NCBI GenBank assembly: GCA_963765675.1
Contig: CAVXXK010000001.1
Coordinates: 832,001-896,000 of the forward strand
DNA length: 64,000 nucleotides
Direction: 5' to 3'
Origin: an uncultured delta proteobacterium
GTDB lineage: Bacteria; Desulfobacterota; Binatia; Binatales; Binataceae
How positions within the stretch are numbered: the stretch's first letter is position 1; each line of letters starts with the position of its first letter. The notes below the pieces were generated by a model, which had not been told where the DNA came from, ran no database searches, and was given only the letters and a program-made list of their open reading frames with translations. The position numbers and the translations under genes are program-made. Shown piece after piece: positions 9,667 to 19,624 of the stretch.

Positions 9667-11489
9667 TTCCGCCTGACCCACGGCGCGAGTATATCTCCGG
9701 AACGCAGTGCCACCGCCATGATCGTACCAATCGGATGCGCCGGTACGATCGTCGGAATCAAAGAGGCATCGACCACCGCCACATTGCTCGTGCCGCGCAG
9801 GATCAGGGTCTTGGGATTGACGCCGCCGGGACCGGTGCTCAGCGGCGCCGTGCCGCCGAAGTGGTTGATTGTGAGCTTGTTGAAATAAATGTTATCAACC
9901 GGCGCCGGTCCGTAACATACTTTTGTACATCGGCGATGCTGTTCGGGTTCAAGTTTGGATGACTCAGTCCGCCCGGACCAAATACTATTTCCAGACCTGG
10001 ATCCTGCGCAAACAGTTGAATCATATTGTAGACCGCTTGCGCCATCAAAGCCTTGTCGGCGTTTCCGGCAGGCGTGTTCGGCAAATATATATTTGGATAG
10101 TTGACATTGCCCGCGGTATCCAGCGTTATCATCCCGCGCGCCTGCGGATTGAGCAACATCAAAAATGCCGACATGCTATTCGAAGAATAGTAAGGTCCGC
10201 CCGGAGTTCCCGCCCCGTTGGGGTTGAGAAAAATCTCGACGTTGGGGATCGCGCCTCCGCCTAATGCATAGTTCAAAATCGTCACTGGCTGATACTGCGC
10301 GTATGGTCCGCTGCCATTGCCGAGATATGTATCCAGGTCGGCGGCGTTGCCGCTGTAGTTGCCATAGTTGTAGGCCTGATACGGCACTGAGCCGGTGTAG
10401 TTGTACGTGATCATCGTCATCACGTGGTCAAACACGCCAACCCCGATCAGCGGATTATCGATCATGAACGGAGGTCGCGACTGCCCCGGAAAAATCTCGT
10501 GCTCGAGTCCTCTTGGACCAATTCCACTCAATAGCAGCAGCCGCGGCGTGACCAGCGCTCCCGCCGCCATCACCAGCAGTCCGCCAGGCGTCAGCCGCGC
10601 TATTCCAGGACTGCCGGGCTGCGTCTGATCCAGGCTCTCGCGCTTCGAGTAATGCACGGCGAGGGCAGTGCCTGCGTCATCGAACTCGATTCGCTCAGCC
10701 TTCGAGAACAGCAGCATCTCGAGGCCGGCGATTGGTACGCCGCCCGGATCCACCTCCGCGAAATATCCGCTGATCGGACCGGCGCGCCGGCCCTCGGTAA
10801 CGGCCAAATAGGGAGCACTATAGATACCGGTCCCGGCGAACGGCTGGCTGGTGTCGCCGTCGATCCATCCTTCACCCGCATAGAGCGGGTTTACTATCCG
10901 CGCGGGGCCGGTGTTGTACCCAAGGCCATCGGTGGAAGGAGTATTGGTCACTGGGACATTCGCACGTACGCCGGCGAAATAGGGTTGCATGTCCGTCCAC
11001 TGCCAAGGCGCGGGCCAGCTCTGATCGAACACCTCGGCCGGGTTGGTCTGAAACAGCATCCCGTTTGAACTGTGAATTTCCACCGAGTCCGATACCCTGA
11101 TAGGTAAACATGGTCTCGGTGAGCTGATATGGCTTCCCCAACTCCATCCAGGCCATTTGCGAATACTCACCCGGCACGTCGAAGATAGTCAGATCCGTAC
11201 GGCCGGGAGGAAGCCACGGCGGATATGCGGTTCCTCCGATCGCGGCGGCGGTCGGACCGCCCGCTTCAATGATCAAAATACGCTTATGCCCACGCATCGC
11301 TGCGAGCAATCGGGCCGCGACGATCGTTCCCGCGCTTCCGCCCCCCACGATTATTACATCGTATTCGCCTTTAGATTGAGTAATCGAGCTCGACCCGCCG
11401 CCGCACGCGGTGAGCACTCCAAGTTGCGAACCGATAGCAAGTGTCAAAGCGGCTTGACGCAGAAACTCACGACGGTCGATGACTGACAT
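9663..11489 (-). CDS. Tat-exported GMC oxidoreductase lipoprotein (two frameshifts, ~11065 and ~9911)
   Basis: RREFL Tat motif, LTAC lipobox, GGGSAG FAD motif, GLGGNS, TPRLLLLSGIGP, C-terminal NHFGGT and VVDASLIP...HPIGTIMAVA, spread over three frames. Confidence 0.8.
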
Positions 11490-11556
11490 ATTCGCTGGAT
11501 TGTAGGCTTTCAAAAACAGAAGTCAATCGAGACTGCGAATCGAGCCAAATAGTCAT

Positions 11557-12316
11557 TCACTGCGGAACATTCGTGAAGTCCGCGTGCCAGGTCATTGTGC
11601 TCCACGGACGATTGTTCCACTGCGCGTACACGCTCGCCTCGACGTGCATCACGCCGCCCTCGATCCGGCAGGTCATGTTGGTCAGCTCATCGACCGAGCC
11701 GCGTCCCGCGAACATCCCGAACAGGCTTCCGGCCGGTTCATCGAAATGCAGCAATGCGCGCATCTGCGCGGTCGTGCGCCCGTCGGTCGAGATCACTTTC
11801 ATGATCGCTTTCACGTTGGTGAGGTCGCGATTTCGTCCTGCAAGTCCGGCCTCGCTCAGGGTGAGCCTGAAAGGTCCGCTACCGGTTTGCTCGTAACAGA
11901 TGCGATAGGTCTTCGGAATCCACTTCGAAACTCCGGGACCGCCCAGCATCCGGATCGAGTCCAGCCGCGGAACCACGCCGCTCCAGCATCCCCGAAACTG
12001 CTTGGGCAGGGGAATCTCGAGCGTGCTCGCGCCCGGGCCCTGCCGCCCCGGCAAGGTCTGCGGACCAGCCGGCGGCGATTGCTGCTGGATCGACGGAATT
12101 GTCTCGGTCTGCGAGTTGTTCTTGGACGGCGGCGGCGATTGCGCCTGCGGAATCGGGATCTTCGAGCTCGCTACCGGCGCCTTGCTGCGAATTCTGGCCC
12201 GAATTTGGCAATAGGTTTTGCGGGTGAATGACAGGCGGTATCGGACCGGCGAGAATCGCAACCGCGACTATCGACCCGCAAACCACGCGGACCGCCGTCC
12301 GCCAATTGCGCTCCAA
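11557..12316 (-). CDS. secreted Pro/Gln-rich hypothetical protein (frameshift ~12161)
   Basis: Signal-like N-terminus in the 11879-12364 frame joins the 11557-12261 frame if one base at 12161-12162 is removed (...SELEIPIPQ...). Confidence 0.5.
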
Positions 12317-12473
12317 GACCCACACCCGATCAAAATTAGCACGCCGCCCGCGCGATAGCGGCACACTTCGCGCCTCGATGCGCGCGGCGGTGGATCAAGC
12401 GGTTCCAGACCCGGTGATGTTGGATTTCCTTACGTGAACAATCCGGTTACCCGGTAACATACCGGTTAGATGG

Positions 12474-12502
12474 TTGACATTATTTCGAATGAGATATAAA
12501 TT
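12474..12502 (+). promoter_or_regulatory. sigma70 promoter for the tetR-DUF1329 operon
   Basis: TTGACA-17 bp-TAAATT; imperfect palindromes just upstream (GTTACCCGGTAAC, AACATACCGGTTAGATGGTT) could be TetR operators. Confidence 0.55.
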
Positions 12503-12522
12503 TAGGCTCCGGAGGTTCGGGA

Positions 12523-13158
12523 ATGGGACGTCTTCAAGATGAACGCAGCGCAGAGACCCGCAAGCGCCTGCTCGACGCTACCGTCGAATGCCTGTTCGAG
12601 CGCGGTTACGCCGGCACCACCACCGCCGAGATCGCCGCCCGCGCCGGAGTTTCGAAGGGCGCCCAGATGCATCATTTCCCAACCAAGCACGACTTGGTCG
12701 TGAGCGCGCTCGAATATCTGTTCGAGCTGCGATTGGCGGCTTCGACCGATCCTGAAGCGATTCGGAAGCTGCCGACGGAGCGAATCGCGAGGCTCGGGGC
12801 GATCATCGAGATGCTCATTCCTGTTTATCAGGGAAAGGTTTTCTACGCGTGGCTCGAACTGGCGGTCGCAAGCCGCACCGATGTCGCGCTGCGCGATGCC
12901 GTGCGGCGCCTGAGCGAGAGCTTTTCGAACAAGATCGCGGGGGTCTGGAAAGACCTTTTCGGGTCACCCGGAGACGATCCCGCTCAGTTTCGGGCGCTCG
13001 ACCGCCTGGTCAACGGACAGTTCGCAGCGACCGCACTGGGTCTAATCCTGCTTGGCGACCAGGCGGGCGCCGCTGAAATCGAGGAAAACGCAAAGCTTCT
13101 GAATGAAGTCGGAGCGTTTCTGCTCCATCGCAAACATTCGAGAAGGAGTACGCCATGA
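12523..13158 (+). CDS. TetR/AcrR family transcriptional regulator
   Basis: N-terminal HTH RGYAGTTTAEIAARAGVSKGAQMHHFPTK; GGAGG RBS. Confidence 0.92.
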   Translation: MGRLQDERSAETRKRLLDATVECLFERGYAGTTTAEIAARAGVSKGAQMHHFPTKHDLVVSALEYLFELRLAASTDPEAIRKLPTERIARLGAIIEMLIPVYQGKVFYAWLELAVASRTDVALRDAVRRLSESFSNKIAGVWKDLFGSPGDDPAQFRALDRLVNGQFAATALGLILLGDQAGAAEIEENAKLLNEVGAFLLHRKHSRRSTP

Positions 13159-14420
13159 AAACGATCATTCTGGCGGTTTCACTGGTATGGCTGATTGGAA
13201 CGGCCGGGACTGCGCGCGCCGGCTTGATAGTGCGGCTGCCCTCGGCCAGCGGCGCGGCACCGATGCCGCCCCCGGTCGGCACCGTGATCGATCGAAACAA
13301 CGCAAAGCAGTACGCCCCCCTTATCCCGGGCGCTCTGACGTTTGCGATCCGCCATGGACTTGAGGTGCGCGTGATTCCCACCGCACGTATCGATTGGCCC
13401 TCGCAGTATCACGAGCAGACCGAAAAGTACTCGTCTCAGGTCACGCTTGACGCTGGTGATACAGTTCACAACTACGTCGCCGGACTTCCATTTCCGATAG
13501 TCAGTTCGAGCGATCCGCAAGCGGGGGTGAAGATTGCCTATGACTGGCGCTGGGGTCCGTTTGTTCCCGCGCAAGTCTCGCTGGTCACGGACCAGAAAAC
13601 CCGCGCATGGACAATAGATTCCGGAAATCCAACCCTCTTACGCGCCGATGACGGGCGCCGCGATTTCCGCAATGAAAACGAATGCGATCAGATTACCTTT
13701 CTGCATTCATCGCGCGCTCCGAATACTTCTGAGAATGATCCAGTGGACTTTGAAGAGCGCGGTGATCATTGTGGACCCGAGAATGCCGCCATGATTGGAA
13801 CTGAATTCCTCGATCCAACTCGAGGAGACGAGGTCTGGTTTTACATCCCCAGCTTTCGCAAATGGCGGCGGATGGAAAATTCGGGCGGCTATCCGAATCA
13901 GTCGTGCACTTATTCCTGCGTCCAGTTCGGCTTGGAGTACGCGCCGCCGAAAACCGAGCTCTACACGTTCCGCCTGCTAGGAGAGCAACCGATTCTCGCG
14001 TGTCTGAACGCAAGCGTACCGGGCGCCGGAATCGAAGCCTCGCGCGGCTCCGGAAGGTTCAGCATGCTGGATTGCGAGGTCCGAAGCGCCTACGTGCTCG
14101 ATATGCGCCCGCGCGATCCGACTTCCGATGTGCTGATGCCCGCGAAGGTGCTCGTCGATAGCGAGACTTATCTATATCTTGGGGCCGAATTCGCACGCGG
14201 CTCCGCTCCCGACTTCGATGTTCCAGTCTGGAGCCGCCGCAAAGACGACGACGCAAGCACTGTCATGTTCCTCGCGAACGACTTCTATACTCCAGGCGAC
14301 CAGACCGATCTGATCCTCTCATTAAACCTGTCGCCCAATAGCGAACAGATCGATCACGGCGACGCCGCTCCGGCTCTGTTCGATCCGAGGTCGGATATTG
14401 TCTCCGACGGGCGCATGTGA
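13155..14420 (+). CDS. DUF1329-family periplasmic protein (divergent)
   Basis: Signal peptide; TEKYSSQV, YVAGLPFP, DPQAGVKIAY shared with the paralogue at 62469. Confidence 0.7.
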   Translation: MKTIILAVSLVWLIGTAGTARAGLIVRLPSASGAAPMPPPVGTVIDRNNAKQYAPLIPGALTFAIRHGLEVRVIPTARIDWPSQYHEQTEKYSSQVTLDAGDTVHNYVAGLPFPIVSSSDPQAGVKIAYDWRWGPFVPAQVSLVTDQKTRAWTIDSGNPTLLRADDGRRDFRNENECDQITFLHSSRAPNTSENDPVDFEERGDHCGPENAAMIGTEFLDPTRGDEVWFYIPSFRKWRRMENSGGYPNQSCTYSCVQFGLEYAPPKTELYTFRLLGEQPILACLNASVPGAGIEASRGSGRFSMLDCEVRSAYVLDMRPRDPTSDVLMPAKVLVDSETYLYLGAEFARGSAPDFDVPVWSRRKDDDASTVMFLANDFYTPGDQTDLILSLNLSPNSEQIDHGDAAPALFDPRSDIVSDGRM

Positions 14421-14438
14421 CGCCGCAGGCAGCGCGCT

Positions 14439-15983
14439 CTAGCTGCTCGCTTGGCCGCCTTCGGCTTCCTTCAGGGCCGCGATCATTTCGTCGGCCTCTT
14501 CGGGTTCGATCTCGCCGGCCTTGACCGCTCGCAGGATCTTCATGATGTCGCCCTGAAAGGCCGCCGGATCGAGCGGGCGCGTGTCGCTGGCATGCGTCGC
14601 TCCCGGCGCGGTTTCGGAATGCTGCGGCGGAGAATCTGGTGCAGCGGGAGAAGGCTGCTCAGCACTGGTGGACCGGCTCGAGGAATGGCGCGCCGCGCGC
14701 CTGGCTTCACGAATCGCGGCGCTCATCCTGCGGGCTGCGTCGTGGATCGAGTCGCGCATCTGGCGGCGCTGGTCGCGAGTTTGGCAGCATCCGGGCTGAG
14801 CCGAACGGCGCAGCTCTTCGCTGAGCTTGCGGCTGAATTCCTCGACAGCGTGCGCGACCTCTGCGGAGGCCTCGCCGCCGGCGTCACGCATCACGTCGCT
14901 GGAGAATTTTCCCCCGCGCGCGACGATACGTCCGGCGGCGCCGAGAATCGAGTTTACGAATCCGGGTATCTCGCCGCCGAATTCCGCGCTCAGGATATCG
15001 CCCAGCTCGTCGAATGCGCCGGGAAATCGCCTTCCTGATCGCCAGTAGTCGCTCTCACGTGCGCCCGCGCGGGCGATAATGATGTCGGCGTTGCGCGTCT
15101 CGAGATTAAGGAGCGTGCGCTGGTCCGCTGCACGCTCGACGCCGACCGAGCCGGTCACGCTGCTGCCACCCGCGCGATGGAGTCCGCCCTCGTCGATTCC
15201 GTAGAGCCTGATTCGACCCCATCCCGCAGACGCGGCCACGTTCAGCGAGGCGTCGGTGTCGAGTTCAACTTCGATTCGCCCGCCGCTCGACGCGTGCCAG
15301 ATCTTGCCGGCTGGAAACGGCCCGTGCAGGTCTACTGCGCCGCCAACGCGCCCCAGCTCCAGGTTTCCGCGCACGCCCGAGACCGAGCCATGTCCGCCGA
15401 CGCGGTCGATCGCGGTGTCGCCGGCGACGTTCTCGAGCCGCAGGCGGCCGCCCACACGCCGAATCGATACCGAGCCCGAGGAACCGCGCACGACCGCCTT
15501 TGCACCGACGGAATCGACCTCGATCGGTCCGGTCGCCTCGGCTTCGAGTTTGCCGCCGATCTGGCGCGTGCGTACAAACGCATGCGCGTGATCGATCGCG
15601 AGCGAGCCGCTCACCTGTTCGCACTCAAAGCCACCGGAGGTTTCGACGGTCGCGTTGCCGCCGATTCGCTCGCGAATCACGATAGCGCCGGTACGTCGCG
15701 TGCGTAGATTCCCGCCGACACGACCGAGCACGATTGGAGCGGCGACGTCTTCGATATCGAGATTGCCGTGGCAGTCCAGGATCTCGAGCGCGACTCCGGT
15801 CGGGATTCGCAGCTCGGCGTTCGAGCGCAGGGTGATTTCCGCGCGCGAGCCTTCGCGATTAACACGAGGCTCGACCGAGCACAGGATCGCCGCGGGCGGC
15901 TCGCTCGCGCGGGTCACGCGGAGATTTCCATGCGCGCTAATGATTCGCATCGATTCGACGCCATCCAGGTTAAGCTCGTTCAT
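14439..15983 (-). CDS. DUF4097-like beta-solenoid protein with C-terminal SHOCT-like motif
   Basis: Repeated (V/I)GG beta-strand units; C-terminal IMKILRAVKAGEIEPEEADEMI. Confidence 0.65.
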   Translation of the reverse strand: MNELNLDGVESMRIISAHGNLRVTRASEPPAAILCSVEPRVNREGSRAEITLRSNAELRIPTGVALEILDCHGNLDIEDVAAPIVLGRVGGNLRTRRTGAIVIRERIGGNATVETSGGFECEQVSGSLAIDHAHAFVRTRQIGGKLEAEATGPIEVDSVGAKAVVRGSSGSVSIRRVGGRLRLENVAGDTAIDRVGGHGSVSGVRGNLELGRVGGAVDLHGPFPAGKIWHASSGGRIEVELDTDASLNVAASAGWGRIRLYGIDEGGLHRAGGSSVTGSVGVERAADQRTLLNLETRNADIIIARAGARESDYWRSGRRFPGAFDELGDILSAEFGGEIPGFVNSILGAAGRIVARGGKFSSDVMRDAGGEASAEVAHAVEEFSRKLSEELRRSAQPGCCQTRDQRRQMRDSIHDAARRMSAAIREARRAARHSSSRSTSAEQPSPAAPDSPPQHSETAPGATHASDTRPLDPAAFQGDIMKILRAVKAGEIEPEEADEMIAALKEAEGGQASS

Positions 15984-16022
15984 CGCCGCCTCCGTCTTTC
16001 AAAAAAAATTCGGAATAAACTT

Positions 16023-16442
16023 TCAATCGCGCGATTTGCGCGTTTGTCCTGATCCGGTGGCGCTGATCGCCGCCATCGCGTCTTCGGGCGAGATCTTTCC
16101 CGCCTTGAGATCGGCCAGGATCGCCCTTCGGCGCGTCGCCGGAGTTTCCGCTTCGTCGCCATCCGCTGACGGCGGCCGGACCTGGTAGCCAAGCGCCGCG
16201 ATCAGATCGTCCAGGCGCGCGCGCACGGTCGGGTACGAGACTCCGAGCTCGCGCTCGACGTCGCGAATCACGCCGCGGTTCTTGAGAAAGACCTCGGCGA
16301 AATCGAGCTGCGCCGGCGCAAGGCGCAGCAGCGCGGGCATCGCAAACTCTCCTTCGAGCGCGATATCACACTTCGGGCAATGGATCTTCGCGACAGTCAG
16401 GTCGCCTTGGCAGGATGGGCACTTGAGAATGATCGGCCGCAT
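16023..16442 (-). CDS. DUF2089 family protein (Zn ribbon, HTH, SHOCT-like)
   Basis: CPSC...CPKC; RGVIRDVERELGVSYPTVRARLD; ILADLKAGKISPEDA. Confidence 0.88.
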   Translation of the reverse strand: MRPIILKCPSCQGDLTVAKIHCPKCDIALEGEFAMPALLRLAPAQLDFAEVFLKNRGVIRDVERELGVSYPTVRARLDDLIAALGYQVRPPSADGDEAETPATRRRAILADLKAGKISPEDAMAAISATGSGQTRKSRD

Positions 16443-16545
16443 GGAAAGAATATCGCCGAGCCGATTAATTGAGTCAAGTCAGAACTTAAGATTCTTAATA
16501 ATTATGTAAATCTAATGGCTACAGCCAGACAGAAACGATGAAATA

Positions 16546-17630
16546 TCAAGCATTCGCAGGATGCTGCTGTGTGAGACAATGAATCGCGCCGAGACCCCAT
16601 ACGAGATCGATCGAAGGAATTCCGATCACGCGGCGGCCGGGGAATAGCCGCGTCAAGGGTCGGCTGCGGCTACGGCGTCGGCAGGGCAATCGAAGATCGG
16701 CATCACGATGCCCTGATTCGCAATATAGAAATTCGCGTACGACGCGGGCAGGCGCGTGCCGTCATAAACGACCGGCGGCGGCATCGGCAGCCGCTCGATC
16801 TTAAGCGGCGCGCCGCGCTCGTCACGCATCGCAGACAGCCGCGCCAGATTATCGCGCAGGATTTTGTAATTCGCGTCGGCGGGATCGTCCTCGACGACGG
16901 TGACGACCGTGTCGCGCGCGAGAAACCGCGCGAGGTCGTCGATATGGCCGTCGGTGTCGTCACCAACAATTCCGTCGCCCAGCCACAGGACATTGGTCAC
17001 GCCTAGGTAGGTGCGAAGGTAGTCTTCGATCTCGGCGCGCGACAGATGCGGATTGCGATTGCGATTCAGCAGGCAAGACTCGGTGGTGAGGAGCGAGCCC
17101 GCGCCGTTGGGATCGATCGAGCCGCCTTCGAGCACGATTCCGGGTTCGGCGACCTCAAAGCCGAAGCGCGCGCCCAATCGCCGCGGCACAACGTCATCGA
17201 GGTCGTAGCGGCCGTACTTTTCGCCCCACGAGTTGAATTTCCAATCGAGCGCGATCTGCGCCGGACCGTCGCCGGCGGGATCAATTTTATTGACGAAGAT
17301 CGGGCCGTGGTCGCGAATCCACGAATCGTTGGTTTCGAGCTGAAAGATCTCGACGCGACGCATCACCACGCCGTCGCCGCGCGCCGCGTCATGAACCATC
17401 GCGCGCACCGCCTCGATTTCGGTGGCGTCGTTCACGAGGAGCCGCAAAGGCTCGAACGACGCGATCGCGGCGGCGATTTTGGCGAACGCCTGCGGGATCG
17501 GTTCGAACTTGCCGGGCCAGGTCTCCAGGTTATGCGGCCAAACGAGATACGTCGCCTGATGTGGAGCCCACTCGGGCGGCATCCGGTAGGCGCGAAAGCG
17601 CGTCCGGTCGCGTTCGGTAATCGGGGGCAT
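16546..17630 (-). CDS. aguA: agmatine deiminase (frameshift near 16653-16664)
   Basis: RMPPEW, DSWIRDHGP, LEGGSID, DDTDGHIDD, ASYANFY; the catalytic C-terminus VWGLGAIHCLTQQHP is in another frame ending at 16546. Confidence 0.88.
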
Positions 17631-17635
17631 TGGCT

Positions 17636-18511
17636 TCAGGAGCGGAAACGGCGGACGAGGTCGCCGTACGCGTCGATCCGGCGATCGCGCAGGAACGGCC
17701 AGTTACGCCGCGTCGCCTCGATTCGCGCAAGATCGCATTCGGCGATGAGAATTTCTTCTGCGCTCGGGCTTGCGTGTGCGATCACTTCACCCATCGGATC
17801 GCAGACGAAGGACTCGCCCCAAAACTCGATCTCGCCTTCAACGCCGACCCGGTTCGTGACCGCGACAAAGACCCCGTTGGCGATCGCGTGCGCGCGCTGA
17901 ATTGTTTTCCACGCGTCGAGCATCCGCGCGCGGTCGGCGGCGGTCTCGCCGTGCCACCATCCAATTGCGGTCGGATAGAAAACGATCTCCGCCCCCGCCA
18001 TCGCGGTCAGCCGCGCGGCCTCGGGATACCACTGGTCCCAGCACACCAGCACGCCGAGCTTGCCGCGCGCGGTCTGATGCGCGGTGAAGTCGAGATCGCC
18101 GGGAGTGAAATAATATTTTTCGTAGAAGCGCGGATCGTCGGGAATATGCATCTTGCGGTAGCGCCCGACGATCTCGCCGCTGGCATCAATCACGACGGCG
18201 GTGTTGTGATAAACGCCAGCCGCGCGCCGCTCGAAGAGCGGCGCGACAACGACGACCTTGCGCGCCCGCGCGATCTTGCCCAGAGCATCGGTGGAAGGGC
18301 CCGGAATCGATTCGGCCAGATCGAAGCGCGCAGGATCCTCGGTCTGGCAGGGATAGTGCGAGCGAAATAGCTCCTGCAGGCAAACAACTTGCGCTCCGCG
18401 TCCGGCCGCTTCGTCGATTCGAGCGATCGCCTTGTCGATATTGGCCGCGGGCTCGGCCGCACACGACATCTGCACCAACCCCACAACAATCTTATCGCGC
18501 GCCGAAGCCAT
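17636..18511 (-). CDS. aguB: N-carbamoylputrescine amidase (carbon-nitrogen hydrolase)
   Basis: LQELF, YRKMHIPDDPRFYEKYYFTPGD, VCWDQWYPE; directly upstream of aguA. Confidence 0.88.
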   Translation of the reverse strand: MASARDKIVVGLVQMSCAAEPAANIDKAIARIDEAAGRGAQVVCLQELFRSHYPCQTEDPARFDLAESIPGPSTDALGKIARARKVVVVAPLFERRAAGVYHNTAVVIDASGEIVGRYRKMHIPDDPRFYEKYYFTPGDLDFTAHQTARGKLGVLVCWDQWYPEAARLTAMAGAEIVFYPTAIGWWHGETAADRARMLDAWKTIQRAHAIANGVFVAVTNRVGVEGEIEFWGESFVCDPMGEVIAHASPSAEEILIAECDLARIEATRRNWPFLRDRRIDAYGDLVRRFRS

Positions 18512-18682
18512 CGTGTGATCTTGATAGCAGCACCGGGCCGCGGGTGCCATCTCGCCAATGCAATGTTTCTCAGACGTTCTCCTTGTGGCCAGGTTCCCGA
18601 CATGAAAAGTCTGTGTTACTTGATTGCTCTGTGTCGCCCGAAGGCGTACGTCATGGACTTGGCATTTGAAGAAGGGGCGTGA

Positions 18683-19624
18683 GTGAGAAATTCGAGCGCT
18701 TTCATCGTTCCCGAGGATTCGGCCGAGGTCCTACAAGGCGACGCCTACGACCTAGCACGGATGTTAGCGTCTAATACTGTTGATTTGGTCATAACCAGCC
18801 CACCTTATTGGGGACAGCGTACCTACGATCTCGATCACAACTGGGAGGTGTCAGTCGAATGGAAGAAATCCGGTCACAGCAGCGATGAGATCCCGAGCTA
18901 TGATTGGTATCGGTCTCATGGCGGCTTGCTGGGTATGGAGCCACGCCCGGAGTGGTTCGTCTCTCACTTGGCAGAGATTTTCGATTTACTCTCGGAGGTA
19001 TTGAGGCCATGCGGAAACATCTGGGTCAATATCGGAGACACTTACTTCGCCCGTTGGTCGAGCATCCGCGATTCGGGACGCCAAGGCTTGGGCGATAACA
19101 CCCGCAAACGCCGCCGCGCACCGATGGGTGGTTTCCGGCAAGAGAAGCAATTGCTTTTGATTCCCGCTCGGTTTGCGATCGCCATGCAAGAACGCGGCTG
19201 GATACTCCGTAACGATTTGGTATGGTTTAAGCCAAACGTGCCGCCGAGGCCCGAGAAAGATCGTCTCCGACTCAGCCACGAGCATTTCTTTCATTTCGTA
19301 AAGCGCCCCAAAGAAGGTCGCGCGAAGTACTACTACGATCACTCAAAGGTGGAACCCGGAGCCAATGACGTTGTGGTATCGCCGTGTCGACGAGGTCAAT
19401 CAGGTCATTCTGCAACATTTCCGGTAGAGTTAATCAAACCAAGAATCTTGTCCTCCTGTCCCCCCGGAGGATTAGTGCTTGATCCATTCTGCGGCACAGG
19501 TCGAAGCTTGGCAGTTGCGCTGGCAGCCGGACGGCGCGCCATCGGCTTCGACGCGTCGGCAACTTTTGCAAGCGCAGCCCGCAAGATGATCGCATCACGC
19601 GATTTGTTTTCGACACATGCCTAA
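18683..19624 (+). CDS. site-specific amino-methyltransferase, beta class (likely N4-cytosine)
   Basis: Motif IV TSPPYW near the N-terminus; HSATFP and motif I LDPFCGTG near the C-terminus. Confidence 0.9.
   Translation: MRNSSAFIVPEDSAEVLQGDAYDLARMLASNTVDLVITSPPYWGQRTYDLDHNWEVSVEWKKSGHSSDEIPSYDWYRSHGGLLGMEPRPEWFVSHLAEIFDLLSEVLRPCGNIWVNIGDTYFARWSSIRDSGRQGLGDNTRKRRRAPMGGFRQEKQLLLIPARFAIAMQERGWILRNDLVWFKPNVPPRPEKDRLRLSHEHFFHFVKRPKEGRAKYYYDHSKVEPGANDVVVSPCRRGQSGHSATFPVELIKPRILSSCPPGGLVLDPFCGTGRSLAVALAAGRRAIGFDASATFASAARKMIASRDLFSTHA

Noticed and set aside
16653-16655. TGA ending the aguA ORF as a selenocysteine codon
   Set aside because: The conserved C-terminus continues in a different frame, so this is a frameshift, not read-through.
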